Shown: positions 31,271-47,751 of the stretch, in pieces
Layout: each line of letters starts with the position of its first letter
Numbering within the stretch: position 1 is the stretch's first letter
NCBI GenBank assembly: GCA_963844715.1
Contig: CAWJPJ010000001.1
Location: 32,001-96,000 of the forward strand
DNA length: 64,000 bases
Reading direction: 5' to 3'
Source of the DNA: an uncultured Phycisphaerales bacterium
GTDB taxonomy: Bacteria; Planctomycetota; Phycisphaerae; Tepidisphaerales; Tepidisphaeraceae
The notes under the pieces: generated by a model
The model's database searches: none
What the model was told of the DNA's origin: nothing
Seen by the model: only the letters and a program-made list of their open reading frames with translations
Translations under genes and position numbers: made by a program

Positions 31271-31885
31271 ATGAACTTCCTAAATAAAAAGAAACTGATT
31301 GCCTGGATCGCGCTGATCCCCCTGCTGCCTTGGATTGGCGGCGACGTGCCCGCCATCGCCCGTCATCACGACGACTCCAACCCCGCGGGAATAGCCAGCA
31401 CCTATTTGCCCGACGTGAATCTCTCCGGTGACGATCTGGCGGCGATACTCGGGGTCTACGTCTGGAAATTCGAATTGAATCTGCCGGACGGGAATTACCG
31501 CGTAGGCGTCTCGGTTCTGAAACAGGGAAAGCACGGCAACCCCGACCCGATCGGCGGGATGATTACGCCGATCACCGTCGGACAAACGCCGAACCAGGTT
31601 TTGGTGGCGCTGGTGCCGGTGGACGGAACGATTTCCGATGCCGCGAAAGTTCGCGTGGTCATCGCCGGGCTGGGGCAGCTCTCGGCGACGACGATTGATA
31701 ATCCGGTTCAGGGAATGGCGATTGGACTCCCGCAGAAACCGGAGAAGCCGAACGACCTGACATACGTGCTACTGGGCGGGTATCGCGGGCACACGATCCT
31801 GTCGCCCGTGACGGGGAATGCGGATCGGATGATCCTGGTGAATTTTCAGTCCCAGATCATTCCGCCGCCGGATGACAATAATTGA
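31271..31885 (+). CDS. Hypothetical exported protein
   Basis: Intact 204 aa ORF with signal-like N-terminus and beta-rich body. Confidence 0.6.
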   Translation: MNFLNKKKLIAWIALIPLLPWIGGDVPAIARHHDDSNPAGIASTYLPDVNLSGDDLAAILGVYVWKFELNLPDGNYRVGVSVLKQGKHGNPDPIGGMITPITVGQTPNQVLVALVPVDGTISDAAKVRVVIAGLGQLSATTIDNPVQGMAIGLPQKPEKPNDLTYVLLGGYRGHTILSPVTGNADRMILVNFQSQIIPPPDDNN

Positions 31886-31929
31886 AGATTAGTTGCGAGT
31901 TGCCAGTTGCGAGTAAAAACTCGCGACCG

Positions 31930-34600
31930 TCAGGCCACTTCTTCCTGCGGCTCTTCCGGAATATGCAAGGCGGGTTTTGATTCGGCTTTGCCGTTGCCAT
32001 TCAGCCCTAGTTCTTCGGCCAGCTTTGCGGGAACGTCGCTGGTGTTGCGGCACTTGGGGTATCCGCTGCAGCCGAGGAATTTACCCTTTCGGCCGTCGCG
32101 GATGAGCATCGGTTTGCCGCATTCGTCGCAGTCGATGTCGGTGGTGATGGGGCCCACTTTGATGGCCGCCGCGGGCATCTGGCCGCCGGTGAGTTTCATG
32201 ACCATCTCATTGGCCTTGGATTGACCTTCCTTGAGCGCGGGGATCAGCGCTTCGACGAGTTTCAGATTCTCGGCGTCCAATTTGGCGACTTGCCGCGTGG
32301 CCCGGCATTTGGGGAAAGCGCTGCAACCGAGGAACGGCCCGCGCTTGCTGTCGCGGAGGATCATGGAACTGCCGCATTTTTCGCATTTCACCGGCGTGAC
32401 GATCTTGGTCTTCGGCGGGAGGGGTTTCCCCTCCTTGTCGAGATTGAGAATGGTTTCGCACTCGCGCGTGCCGTCGGGTTTTTTGACGTTGTAGCCGGTG
32501 CAGCCGAGGAACTCGCCGAAGCGCCGCGCCATCTTCCGCATTTCGCGCCGCAGTTGGGGCACTTGAATTCGCTCTTTTCCTGCATCTTCGGCTTCCCCTG
32601 CTTGTCGACGGATTTGATCCCGTCGCACTCGGGGTAATTGCTGCACGAGAGGAAGAACCCGTTCTTGCTGATGCGGTAGACCATCGGCTTGCCGCACTTG
32701 TCGCAGGTGTATTTCGAGGGCGTCCCGCCGGCGTGCTCGAGCTTGTCCAGCGCCGAGTCCACCGTCTTGTGGAACGGTCCGTAGAATTCCTTGAGGAGCT
32801 TGATCCAGTCGAGGTGTTTCTCCTCGATTTCGTCGAGCTTGCCTTCCATGCCGGCGGTGAATTGCACGTCCATGATCTCGGGGAACGCCTGCATCAATTT
32901 GTCGGTGACGATCGACCCAAGCATCGTCGCGTGGAACCGGCGGTCGATCTGCTCGACGTATTCGCGGTCCTGGATTGTTGAAATGATCGAGGCGTAGGTG
33001 CTGGGCCGGCCGATGCCGAGGCGCTCCAGTTCCTTCACCAGCGTCGCCTCGCTGAAACGCGGGGGCGGCTGCGTGAAGTGCTGCGTGGGCGTGATCTCGA
33101 TCGGGAAGACCGGCGAACCCTGCGGCAATTCCGGCAGCAGCTGATCCTCGCTCGATATGCCCGCAACTTTCATATAACCGTCGAAGACAAGTTTGCGGCC
33201 CGATGCCTTGAAGATGGCCTCGCCGTCCTTGGTTGGAGCGGCAATCTGGACGGTCGTCGCATCGAATTGAGCCGGCGGCATCTGGCAGGCGACGAAACGA
33301 TTCCAGACAAGCTGGTAAACGCGGTAATCGTCGCCCCCGAGTTTGGCATGAGCCTCGGCGGGCGTGAACGCCGCGTCCGTGGGGCGAATCGCCTCGTGAG
33401 CTTCCTGGGCCTCTTGCCGGAGGCGTATGTATTCGGAGATTCCGGCAGATATTTGGCGCCAAATTCCTTTTCAATGAATCCGCGAACCATGGTGAGCGCG
33501 TTGGCGGACAGATTGGAACTGTCCGTTCGCATGTAGGTAATGTGCCCGGCCTCATAGAGACCCTGGGCGATGCGCATCGTGGCGCTGGCGCCAAATCCGA
33601 GCCGGCTGCTGGCGGCCTGCTGGAGCGTGCTGGTGATGAACGGAGCCGGGGGCTTGCTGGTCACGCGCTTCCGCTCGATTGACTTGACCGTCATCTTCGG
33701 CGGCTTGCCGATGGAACCGATATAAACCGTCGGATGCCGCGCCGGGCCCTTTTCATCGGCGTCCTCGGTCGTCTCCTCGTTCTTGAGGACCCAGCCGAGC
33801 AGTTCCGCCGCGCGGCGCACGGCGGCTTTGTTGTCCGGCTCGAATTTCTTCCCGCCGATTTCCGCGAGTTCGGCAACGAACGCCGCGTGCTCCGCGAGCC
33901 ATTTGTCTTTTTCAATCTTGGTGCGCTCGCCGTTGCCGGTGTTGGTCAAAAATTCGCCCCACTGCCGTGCCAAGTCCGCGACCTTGGCGCCGTTGGCCGT
34001 AAGGACCGAGCCGATTTTCCAGAACTCCGCGGGCACGAACGCCTCGATGGCCCGCTCGCGCTCGACGATCAACCGCACGGCGACCGATTGGACGCGCCCC
34101 GCCGACAGCCCCCGGGCGACCTTGCGCCAAAGCAGCGGGCTGATTTCGTAACCGACGATCCGGTCGAGGATCCGCCGCGCCTGCTGGGCGTTGACGCGAT
34201 CGATATCGATGGAATGCGGCTTCTGGAACGCCTTTTGAATTTCGCTCTTGGTGATGGCGTTGAAGATGACGCGGAAGACCCGCTCGTCCGGGATGCCGAG
34301 GGTTTCCTTCAAATGCCAGGCAATCGCCTCGCCCTCGCGGTCCAAGTCGGTTGCGAGATAGATCTTGTCGCTTTCCTTGGCCAGCTTTTTGAGTTCCCCG
34401 ATGACCTTGGAGCGGCTTTCCAGGACTTCGTAGTCCGGCTCAAACGTCGTGAGATCGACCCCCATCCCCTTGCTGGGCAGGTCGCGGACGTGGCCCATGC
34501 TCGCTTTTACGACATAGTCGTTGCCGAGGTACTTATTGATGGTCTTCGCCTTGGCGGGCGATTCGACGATGACAAGATGTTTTCCGGTCTTACGCACCAT
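31930..34600 (-). CDS. topA: DNA topoisomerase I with C-terminal Zn-ribbon repeats (frameshifted)
   Basis: [48 protein letters not shown], several C..CG..M....G.FLGC..YP.C repeats. Confidence 0.96.
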
Positions 34601-34930
34601 AGTTTGTTGTCTACTTATTTATTGCCACCAGACTCCATTCTTGAGGCTCGTATCGACCTTCCTCCCATAACTCTTCAGCAAAACCCCAGCAAAGGGGCGG
34701 GCAGTCTGTAGACCAAACCACGGGCTGTCAAGCCGGGTTTGGCTCCAAACGCCCATGCAGCGGTACGCCGGGGGGAAAAATAGGTTCATTTCCTACTGCG
34801 CAAAACGGGCCAAATATGCCGTTTCGAACATGAATCTAAGATCATTTCAAATAATGATTTATGTGATCAGTTTGCCGGAATTTGATAAATCATTCCCCCT
34901 ACCCCCGCCCTAACGGCCGGAAGGCCCATC

Positions 34931-34967
34931 AAAAAAAATATGGCCCCGCATTGTTTTTGCGGGGCCA
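34931..34967 (-). terminator. Intrinsic terminator after rpoC
   Basis: TGGCCCCGCA..TGCGGGGCCA stem followed by a T8 tract on the minus strand. Confidence 0.8.
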
Positions 34968-34999
34968 CTTGCATGCAAGATTCAGTCAAAAAGGTGTAA

Positions 35000-39425
<4,426 letters not shown>

Positions 39426-39497
39426 GATCGTCTTCTTTCCTAAAAGCCACAGGCGTCTTGCCCGCGATTTATCTCATCACCGTTACGCTGATTTCCG

Positions 39498-42400
39498 TCA
39501 CATCAGATCCGCATCCTCTTCCTCGCGGCTGGCGCCCTTCTTCTTCTCCAGCTGAATATTGAGACCCAGCCCGCGGATTTCGTTGCAGAGGACGTCGAAG
39601 CTGACCGGTGTGCCGGCTTCGAGCGTGTTGGTGCCTTTGACCATGCTTTCGTAAATCTTCGTGCGGCCTTCCACGTCGTCGCTCTTGACGGTGAGCAGTT
39701 CCTGGAGGACGTAGGAAGCGCCGTAGGCCTCGAGGCCCCAGACTTCCATTTCGCCGAAACGCTGTCCGCCGGTGCGGGCCTTGCCGCCGAGCGGCTGCTG
39801 CGTGATCAGCGAATAGGGGCCGGTGGCGCGGGCGTGAATCTTGTCGTCGACAAGATGGTGCAGCTTCATCATGTAGATGTAGCCGACGGTCGTCTTCTGC
39901 TCGAAGCGTTCGCCGGTGCGCCCGTCGACGAGCTGAATCTTTCCGCCCCACGGCATGACGATGTCCAGCTCGTGCTCGCCGACCGACTTGTGATCGGTCT
40001 TGCGAGTCTTGCGGCGATTCTGAATCGCCACGTTCGCCTCGTCCATGGTGGCGTGGATTTCATCTTCCGTCGCGCCGTCGAAGACCGGCGTGGTCGCCTG
40101 CTGACCGAGGACCGCCATCGCCCAGCCGAGGTGCGTCTCCAGGATCTGGCCGACGTTCATACGGCTCGGCACGCCCAGGGGATTCAGCAGAATCTCCACC
40201 GGCGTTCCGTCCTCGAGGAACGGCATATCTTCCTCGGGCACGATGCGGGCGATAACGCCCTTGTTACCGTGCCGCCCGGCCATCTTGTCGCCGACGCTCA
40301 GTTGGCGCTTGGTGGCGACGTAGACCTTCACCATTTCCAGCACGCCGCTGGGAAGCTCGTCGCCGCGCTTCATGTGCTCCATGCGGCGATTCTTTTCCTT
40401 CAGGACGGCCTGCACGCGCGGCCAGAAACGGCTGTGCGTGTTGATCGCCTGTTCCTTGGCTTCCTTGCTCCCCTTGATCCAATCAGGGGCGAATTTTTCA
40501 ACCTGCTCGAGAATGACGTCGGCGTTTTCCGATTGTCCGACCTTCTGGCGGGTGCCCGGGTCAACCATCGGCTGGCCGCTCACTTCGTTGATCTCCGCGA
40601 TCATCTGCTTGAAGATCGCGATCGCCCGCTGATTCATTTCCTTTTCGTAGCGGTCGATGTCCTTCTTCAGCGCCTTCTTCTGATCGTCCGTCATGTGCAT
40701 GCGGCGGCTGAAGCGCTGGGTGTTGATCACCACGCCTTCCTCGCCGGCAGGCATCTCCAGGGAATCGTTCTTCACGTCCTCGCCGGCGCGGCCGAAGATG
40801 GCGTGCAGGAGTTTTTCTTCCGGCGTCAGTTCGCTCTTGCTCTTGGGGGCGATTTTACCGACCAGGATATCGCCCGGCCCGACGCGCGTTCCCACGCGCA
40901 CCACGCCGTTCTCATCCAGATTCGCCAGCGCCCTTTCCGAGACGTTGGGGATATCGCGAGTGAATTCCTCGCGGCCGAGCTTGGTCTCGCGGATTTCCAC
41001 ATCGTATTGCTCGATGTGGATCGACGTGAACGCGTCGTTCTTCACCAGCCGCTGGCTGATGACGATGGCGTCCTCGAAGTTGTAGCCATCATAAGTCATG
41101 AACGCGACCAGCACGTTTCGGCCCAGGGCCAGTTCGCCCAGATGCGTGGCCGCGCCGTCGGCGATGATCTGCCCGCGCTTCGACGCGCTGGCCTTTCTTC
41201 ACCACCGGCTTCTGATTGAGGCACGTGCGCTCGTTGAGCCCGACGAATTTGCGCAGGACGTATTCATCCGCGTTATCCACCAGGATTCGCGATGAATCGA
41301 CGTACGTAATGACTCCGCCGCGTTCGGCGCGGACGACCATGCCGCTGTTCTGAGCGACCGGGCGTTCCATGCCGGTGGCGACGATCGGCGGGTCGGTCCG
41401 CAGAAGCGGAACCGCCTGGCGCTGCATGTTGCTGCCCATCAAAGCGCGGTTGGCGTCGTCGTGTTCGAGGAACGGAATCAGCGCCGCCGAGACCGAAACC
41501 GTCTGGCGCGGGCTGATATCGACGTACTGCACATCGCGGCTCGGCACCGTCGCCAGGTCTCCCTGCACACGGGCCAGAACAAGCCCCTTGCGCAGCGAGT
41601 GATCCTTTTCGACAACATCCGGCGGGGCGAGGATGGATTTCATCTCCTCGTCGGCGCAGATACTTGTGATCGCCGTTGACCTTTCCTTCCTTGACCACGC
41701 GGTAAGGCGTGATCAGGAAGCCGTACTCGTCGATGTCGCTGTAAATGGAGAGCGACGCGATCAACCCGATGTTGGTCCCTTCAGGGGTTTCGATCGGGCA
41801 GATTCGGCCGTAGTGCGAAATGTGCACGTCGCGCACTTCGAACCCGGCTCGCTTGCGGTTCAAGCCGCCCGGCCCAAGGGCCGAGAGACGCCGTTCGTGA
41901 GTGAGCTGACTGAGCGGATTCGTCTGGTCGACCACCTGCGAAAGCTCGCCGCGGCCGAAGAAGAAGTCGATCGAGCTGCTGATGCTCTTGGAGTTCACCA
42001 GTTCTGCGATGCGGCCCAGTTCGTTCGGGTCCTTCAGGCTCATGCGCTCCTGAACGGTGCGCTTCAGCTTCAGGAATCCCTTGCGAAGTTCCTCGGCCGC
42101 CAGTTCGTCAATCGTGCGCAGACGACGATTCCCTAAATGGTCGATGTCGTCCACATAACCTTCGCCGCTACGCAGCTTGAACATGTACTTCAGCGAATTG
42201 ACCAGATCCTCGCTGCGGAGGGTCATAACCGTTTCCGGAACGTTCTGGTCGAATTTGCGGTTGATGCGGAAGCGCCCGACCCGGCCAAGGCGATAACGGT
42301 TCTCGTCGAAGAACTTTTCCTCGAAGAGGGTCTGCGCCTTGTCGAGCTGCGGCGGGTTACCGGGACGCAGCCGGGCGTAAATCTTCAGCAGCGCGTTCTG

Positions 42401-43289
42401 ATGCTCGTTGTGATCCTTGGAGGCAGTGATGTTGTCTTCGGCCAGGGTATTGAGGATCAGCGGATCGGTCAGTTTGGTGACCACCTCGACGTGTTTGAGG
42501 TTGCTCGCCTGGATTTTGTTGATGGCCTCGCCGATCTGGGCGCCGGCCTTGACCAGTTCCTCGCCGCTTTCGGTATCGATGATCGCCGAGGCTGCGTAGT
42601 ACGAGGCCTGGAGCTGCCCGACCTTGACGGTTTCAACCTGATAAAACTCACGAATGATCGCCTCGGTGGTCCCGTATTTGGGATCGAGGGCCCGCAGGAA
42701 GGTTGTTGCCGGAATCTTGCTGCTCTGGTCGATGCGGACGGCCAGGGCGTCTTTCTTGGTGACCGAGCATTCGATCCAGCTTCCGCGCCTCCGGGATGAC
42801 GCGGCAGCCGTGCAGCGGGCGGTCGCCTTCCTGGACTTCAACGAGGAAGTCCACGCCGGGAGACCTGTGCAGCTGGTTCACGATGACGCGCTCGGCGCCA
42901 TTGATGATGAACTCGCCCCCGCCAATCATGATGGGGATTTCGCCGAGGTAGATCGAATCCTCGACCACCTCGTCCTTGTCCTTTCGGACGAAGCGCACCT
43001 TGATGCGGAAGGGCATCCCGAACGTCAGCCGCAGAGCGCGGCATTCGTCGGTGGTGTATCGCGGCTCGGAGAGCTCGTAGCTGATGTATTCCAGACGGAG
43101 ATTCCCGTCGTAGCTCTCGATGGGGAAGACCTCGCGCAGAAGGGCCTCGAGGCCCTCGTTCTTGCGAGCTTCCGGCTTCGCGTCCTTCTGCAGAAACCTC
43201 TGGTACGAGAGGATCTGGATAGCGATCAAATTGGGGATCGGAAGGGTATCCCCACGCTTACTGAAATCGCGCGGCTCGTAGACTTGCAT
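39498..43289 (-). CDS. rpoB: RNA polymerase beta subunit (several indels)
   Basis: [74 protein letters not shown]. Confidence 0.99.
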
Positions 43290-43572
43290 CCGTTATTTCC
43301 TTTTCACAAGCCCAAGAAACTGAATGGTTTGCGATGTTTCGACAAAATGAGCCGCCTTACCCTGATAAAGTGAAGCGGCTTTTGTCCTTAGGCCCAGTTC
43401 ATCCAGTATGAGCCCGTATTCGTTCTAAGTTTAGCAACAGTAACGACTAAAGTTCACGTCCCGGTGGCAAAATAGCAAACGGCCACACCTCTCCCATCTC
43501 GTCCGATCTGGAAGATTCGTGGCTTTCCACCGAGATTATTTAGTGCCTTTTTCCAAAAGCGACTGTGCTAGA

Positions 43573-43601
43573 AGGATAGATACCCCTCCGTGGGTTGTCA
43601 A
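43573..43601 (-). promoter_or_regulatory. Sigma70-like promoter upstream of rpoB
   Basis: Minus strand TTGACA-17 nt-TATCCT. Confidence 0.6.
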
Positions 43602-43613
43602 ATAAAATCCTCG

Positions 43614-43650
43614 CCCGAGGCCCAGAGAGGTGGTCTCCCTGGGCCTCGGG
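43614..43650 (-). terminator. Hairpin terminator/attenuator between rplL and rpoB
   Basis: CCCGAGGCCCAG..CTGGGCCTCGGG stem with a T-rich tail on the minus strand. Confidence 0.65.
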
Positions 43651-43659
43651 GATAGATAT

Positions 43660-44061
43660 CTACTTGAGTTCAACAGTCGCGCCCTGCTCTTCAAGCTCCT
43701 TCTTAAGCTTGTCGGCGTCAGCCTTGGGGAGCGCTTCCTTGACCGTCTTCGGTGCTCCCTCAACCAAGTCCTTGGCTTCCTTGAGCCCAAGATTGGTCGC
43801 GGCACGCACCACCTTGATGACGTTGATCTTCTTGTCGCCCGCCGCCTTGAGAACCACGTCGAACGTGGTCTTCTCTTCGGCAGGCGCGGCCGCGCCGCGC
43901 GCAGCGCCGGCTCCGCCTGCGGCAACCATGACCGCGCCACCGGCGGCGGCCTCGATGCCGTGGGCATCCTTGAGATACGCGGCGATCTCAACCGCTTGCT
44001 TCAGGGTCAGTCCCGCCAACTTATCTCCCAGTTCCTTGATATCAGCAGTTACTTCAGCCAT
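43660..44061 (-). CDS. rplL: 50S ribosomal protein L7/L12
   Basis: [41 protein letters not shown]. Confidence 0.98.
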   Translation of the reverse strand: MAEVTADIKELGDKLAGLTLKQAVEIAAYLKDAHGIEAAAGGAVMVAAGGAGAARGAAAPAEEKTTFDVVLKAAGDKKINVIKVVRAATNLGLKEAKDLVEGAPKTVKEALPKADADKLKKELEEQGATVELK

Positions 44062-44186
44062 GACGTCCATCTCCAGGCCGTGACGTGGCCCAAACGTGTC
44101 GAGTTCATCCCGCCGTCAATGCCCGCCTCACATCGAAGCGGTTTAACCCCGCAGGGGCATCGGCAGCCGCCGGATTGCTTGTATCG

Positions 44187-44744
44187 TTAGGCTTGCGCCT
44201 CCGCAGGCGCCGCCGCTGGTGCGGCCTTGGCAGCCTTTTCTTCGATCGTCTTCAATATCGCGCCCAGCTTTCCGCCAGGGCCCTTGATCGCCCCAGCCAG
44301 CTTGCGGCCCGGGCCGAGGAGCGCGGCGACGATGGTCGCGACAGCTTCCTCGCGTGTGGGGAATTTACTGACCTGCTCGACGCCTTTTTCGCCCGCGTAG
44401 ATTTCCCCGTCGAAAAAGATGCCGCGAAGGTCGAGCTTTTCGTCGCTTTTCTTGGCCTCAATCAGCAGGCGGGCGATCGCGGAAATGCTCGCTTTCCCAA
44501 AGATCACGGCGCTGGGGCCGTCGAGCAGTTTGTCGAAGCCTTTCAGTTTGCTCTTTTCAGTGGCGCGGCGGGCGAGGGTGTTCTTCACAACCTTCATCTT
44601 CAGGCCCTTTTCGCGCAGCTTGCGGCGGAGCTGATTGTTCTTGATGCCATTTACGCCGCTGGGGCTCAGCACCGCCACCGATTCCACGCCCTCGAACGCC
44701 GCGGCGAATTCTTTTTCGATCAGACTTTTGACTTTCTTACTCAT
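44187..44744 (-). CDS. rplJ: 50S ribosomal protein L10
   Basis: LRRKLRE..KVVKNTLARRA..GPSAV; position in the operon. Confidence 0.96.
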   Translation of the reverse strand: MSKKVKSLIEKEFAAAFEGVESVAVLSPSGVNGIKNNQLRRKLREKGLKMKVVKNTLARRATEKSKLKGFDKLLDGPSAVIFGKASISAIARLLIEAKKSDEKLDLRGIFFDGEIYAGEKGVEQVSKFPTREEAVATIVAALLGPGRKLAGAIKGPGGKLGAILKTIEEKAAKAAPAAAPAEAQA

Positions 44745-44757
44745 GGTTTCACCTGCT

Positions 44758-45450
44758 TTACGCGACGTTGAGGTAAACGGCCGGTGTCATCGTGCCCTTG
44801 AGCACGACCTTCCTGATGAAAACGCCCTTGGAACTTTGCGGCTTCATCTTGTGAATCTGCCCGACCATGGCGTTGATGTTGTCCAGCAGCTTCTGCTTGT
44901 CGAAGCTCATTTTCCCGACGACCGTGTGCACGTTTCCGCCCGCGTCGTTGCGAAATTCCACTTTACCGGCCGCGTATTCCTTGACGGCGGCGGCGATGTC
45001 CGCGGTAACGGTGCCGGCCTTGGGAGACGGCATCAGGCCCTTGGGCCCGAGGACTTTTCCCAATCGTCCGACGAAACGCATCATGTCCGGCGTGGCGATC
45101 GCGACGTCAAAATCCGTGAAGTTTTCCTTTTCGATCGCCTGCACGAGGTCCTGCCCCCCGGCCCGCACCGCGCCCGCCGCGGTGGCGGCAGCGACGAGAT
45201 GATCGGGACAGAACGCGACGACGCGCTTCGCCTTGCCGATCCCGTGCGGGAGCGACAGCGAGCCGCGGATCATCTGATCCGCCTGCTTGGCGTCGATTCC
45301 GAGTGAAAAGATCAATTCGACCGACTGATCGAACTTCGTCGGGGCAAAGGTCTTGAGCGTATCAACGCCCTTGTCCGCGGAGACCAACTCCTGCGAAGCC
45401 TTCTTGGCGGTTTCTCGATATCGCTTGGATCGTTTGACAATGACAGGCAT
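44758..45450 (-). CDS. rplA: 50S ribosomal protein L1
   Basis: KFDQSVE, LPHGIGK, LGKVLGPKGLMPSPKAGTV, VEFRND. Confidence 0.98.
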   Translation of the reverse strand: MPVIVKRSKRYRETAKKASQELVSADKGVDTLKTFAPTKFDQSVELIFSLGIDAKQADQMIRGSLSLPHGIGKAKRVVAFCPDHLVAAATAAGAVRAGGQDLVQAIEKENFTDFDVAIATPDMMRFVGRLGKVLGPKGLMPSPKAGTVTADIAAAVKEYAAGKVEFRNDAGGNVHTVVGKMSFDKQKLLDNINAMVGQIHKMKPQSSKGVFIRKVVLKGTMTPAVYLNVA

Positions 45451-45518
45451 GATTTCATTCGCTCCGAAAAAGAAGCTCCCACTGTTCAAGCCCGTGGTTC
45501 GGCTTTCAGCAGTTACTG

Positions 45519-45773
45519 TTACGCCGCGGATTTCCCGCGTCTTGATCTTCCGTTTCCGCCTTCCCGTCGGGAAAGCTTGGTGATGTGAAGCAGGTCGATG
45601 ATCTCTTCACGATCTTCCTTTTTTGACGTCGCCACCATAATCACTCTCCGGCTCGGATGAAGCCAGGCGAATTCCGGCGACCGCACGGTAACGACCTCTC
45701 CATCTGACGTATGGATCTCAAACGGCCGAAACGGCTGTTCCTCCAACATGGCTTCCAGTCGTTGCACCGTCAT
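45519..45773 (-). CDS. Small hypothetical protein inserted between rplK and rplA
   Basis: 84 aa, QPFRPFEIHTSDGEVVTVRSPEF..IIDLLHITKL; starts 14 bp after the rplK stop. Confidence 0.75.
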   Translation of the reverse strand: MTVQRLEAMLEEQPFRPFEIHTSDGEVVTVRSPEFAWLHPSRRVIMVATSKKEDREEIIDLLHITKLSRREGGNGRSRRGKSAA

Positions 45774-45786
45774 AGGCCACCCAGGA

Positions 45787-46215
45787 CTATCCTTCGACCG
45801 TGATACCCATGCTCCGGGCAGTCCCGGCGATGATTCTCGCCGCGTGATCTTCATCAAACGCGTTGAGATCCTTGATCTTCTCCTTGGCGATGGCCTTGCA
45901 CTGGGCCATCGTGAGTTTTCCAATTTTATTCTTGTTCGGCTCGCCGCTCCCCTTCTCGGCCTTGACGGCATCCTTGAGAAGTACGCTGGCCGGCGGGCTT
46001 TTGAGTTCGATGTCGAACGTTCGGTCCTTATATACCGTGACGAGACAGCCGATCACTTTCCCCTTCATATGGGCGGACATCGCGTTGAAGCGCTGAATGA
46101 ACTGCCCGGGGTTAACGCCGTGCTGGCCGAGCGCGGGACCGATGGGGGGCGCGGGGGTCGCGGACCCGCCCGGGGCCTGAAGCTTGAACTGCACGGTAAT
46201 CTCTTTTTTGGCCAT
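45787..46215 (-). CDS. rplK: 50S ribosomal protein L11
   Basis: [35 protein letters not shown]. Confidence 0.98.
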
Positions 46216-46242
46216 AATTCGTCCCGATTTAAGGGGTCGAGG

Positions 46243-46271
46243 ATGCTACCAATCCGGGGCGCGATTGACAA
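46243..46271 (-). promoter_or_regulatory. Sigma70-like promoter for rplK
   Basis: Minus strand TTGTCA-17 nt-TAGCAT, about 28 bp before the ATG. Confidence 0.55.
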
Positions 46272-46298
46272 GTTGCGATAATTAATCGGCTTCCAGGC

Positions 46299-46625
46299 TT
46301 ATTCAACGGGCTTTTCCGGAAGCGTCCCGCATTCGGGGCACCGGTCCGGCGAACCGCGCAAATCATACCCGCATTTAGCGCACCGGTTCGGATTCGGCTC
46401 CGGAAAGCACCAAATCATCAACCACGGAGCCCCGCGCAAAAGCCACGCCGCCGCCGCGCCCAGGACGACGATATCGATCCCATACGCCAAGAGACTGTCG
46501 GCAATCGAGAAATGGGAGACCCCGAAAATCGAGGCGATGAATCCACAGAGGTACAAAAGAGCCTGATACGCCAGGAAGAGCCCGGCGATACGCACGAGGA
46601 TTCCGAAAATATCCTTCGGCTTCAT
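46299..46625 (-). CDS. Small membrane protein with C-terminal CxxCGYDLR..CPECG zinc ribbon
   Basis: Two TM segments, then CAKCGYDLRGSPDRCPECG. Confidence 0.8.
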   Translation of the reverse strand: MKPKDIFGILVRIAGLFLAYQALLYLCGFIASIFGVSHFSIADSLLAYGIDIVVLGAAAAWLLRGAPWLMIWCFPEPNPNRCAKCGYDLRGSPDRCPECGTLPEKPVE

Positions 46626-46702
46626 GGCGCGATTCTACCATCGTGTCCGGAAATCACGGGAGATTTTATTTTCGCGCCGGTGGAGCGTAGAATCGGCTTG
46701 GC

Positions 46703-47672
46703 ATGAGCGACCCGATGGTGATCTGGTGCAACGCGCGGTTGCCCGCCGAAGCCATGGCGGAATTGTCCGCCGGGACGCGGCAACATCGACTCATCATTGC
46801 CACCCAGTTGACCGGCAATCTGTCGGCAGGACCGCCCGATCCGCAATTGGGCCACGCGTCCATCGCGCTCGGCCAGCCCGATGTGAAGCAGATCATCGAA
46901 TTGGGAAACCTCGCCTGGGTGCATCTGACCAGCGCGGGCTACGCTCGCTACGATCGGCCGGACGTTCGCCAGGCACTGCAAGCGCGCGGCGCGAGGATGA
47001 CCAACAGCTCCTCTGTGTTCGCCGATCCCTGTGCGCAGCATGTTCTGGCTTTAATGCTTGCCGACGCTCGTCAGATTCCTCGGTGCGTCACGGACCAGGA
47101 GCATCGCACTGGCAGACCATTCCAATCCGCCAAGCGTCGCGGCTGCTCACCGGCGCACGATTCTCGTCCTCGGCATGGGAGCGATTGCCCGCCGATTGAT
47201 GGAACTCCTCGCGCCGTTTCAGCCGAAGCTGATCGTGGTCAGAAAAACCGTTCGCGGGGATGAGCCGGTCGAGACCCACGCGAATTCGGAACTCCCCAAG
47301 TTGCTTCCCCGAGCCGATCATGTCGTGAACATCCTCCCGAGCACCCCCGAAACCGACGGCTTCTTCAAATCCGATCTGTTCGCGCAGATGAAACCCGGCG
47401 CGGTTTTCTACAACATCGGCCGTGGAACGACCGCGGACGAAGACGCCCTGGCCGCCGCCCTGAAATCCAATCATTTGCGAGCGGCTTATCTCGATGTGAC
47501 CAACCCCGAACCGCTCCCGCCGGATCATCCCCTGTGGTCCGCGCCGAATTGCCACATCACCCCCCACACCGCAGGCGGCCATGGCGAGGAGTTCGTCTAT
47601 ACGGTGCGGCATTTCCTGGCGAACCTGAAAAGATACGAATCCGCCCAGCCGCTCCTCGACCGCGTGATCTGA
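46703..47672 (+). CDS. D-2-hydroxyacid dehydrogenase family protein (frameshifted)
   Basis: WVHLTSAG, LGMGAIAR, FYNIGRG, AYLDVT.PEPL, ITPHTAG. Confidence 0.9.
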
Positions 47673-47751
47673 TTGCCAATGAGCTGTCTTCATCTGATTT
47701 TCACCCGCGTCCAATATCTTTTGCGTTTCCTTCCCGGTTAAAATCCGCGGC

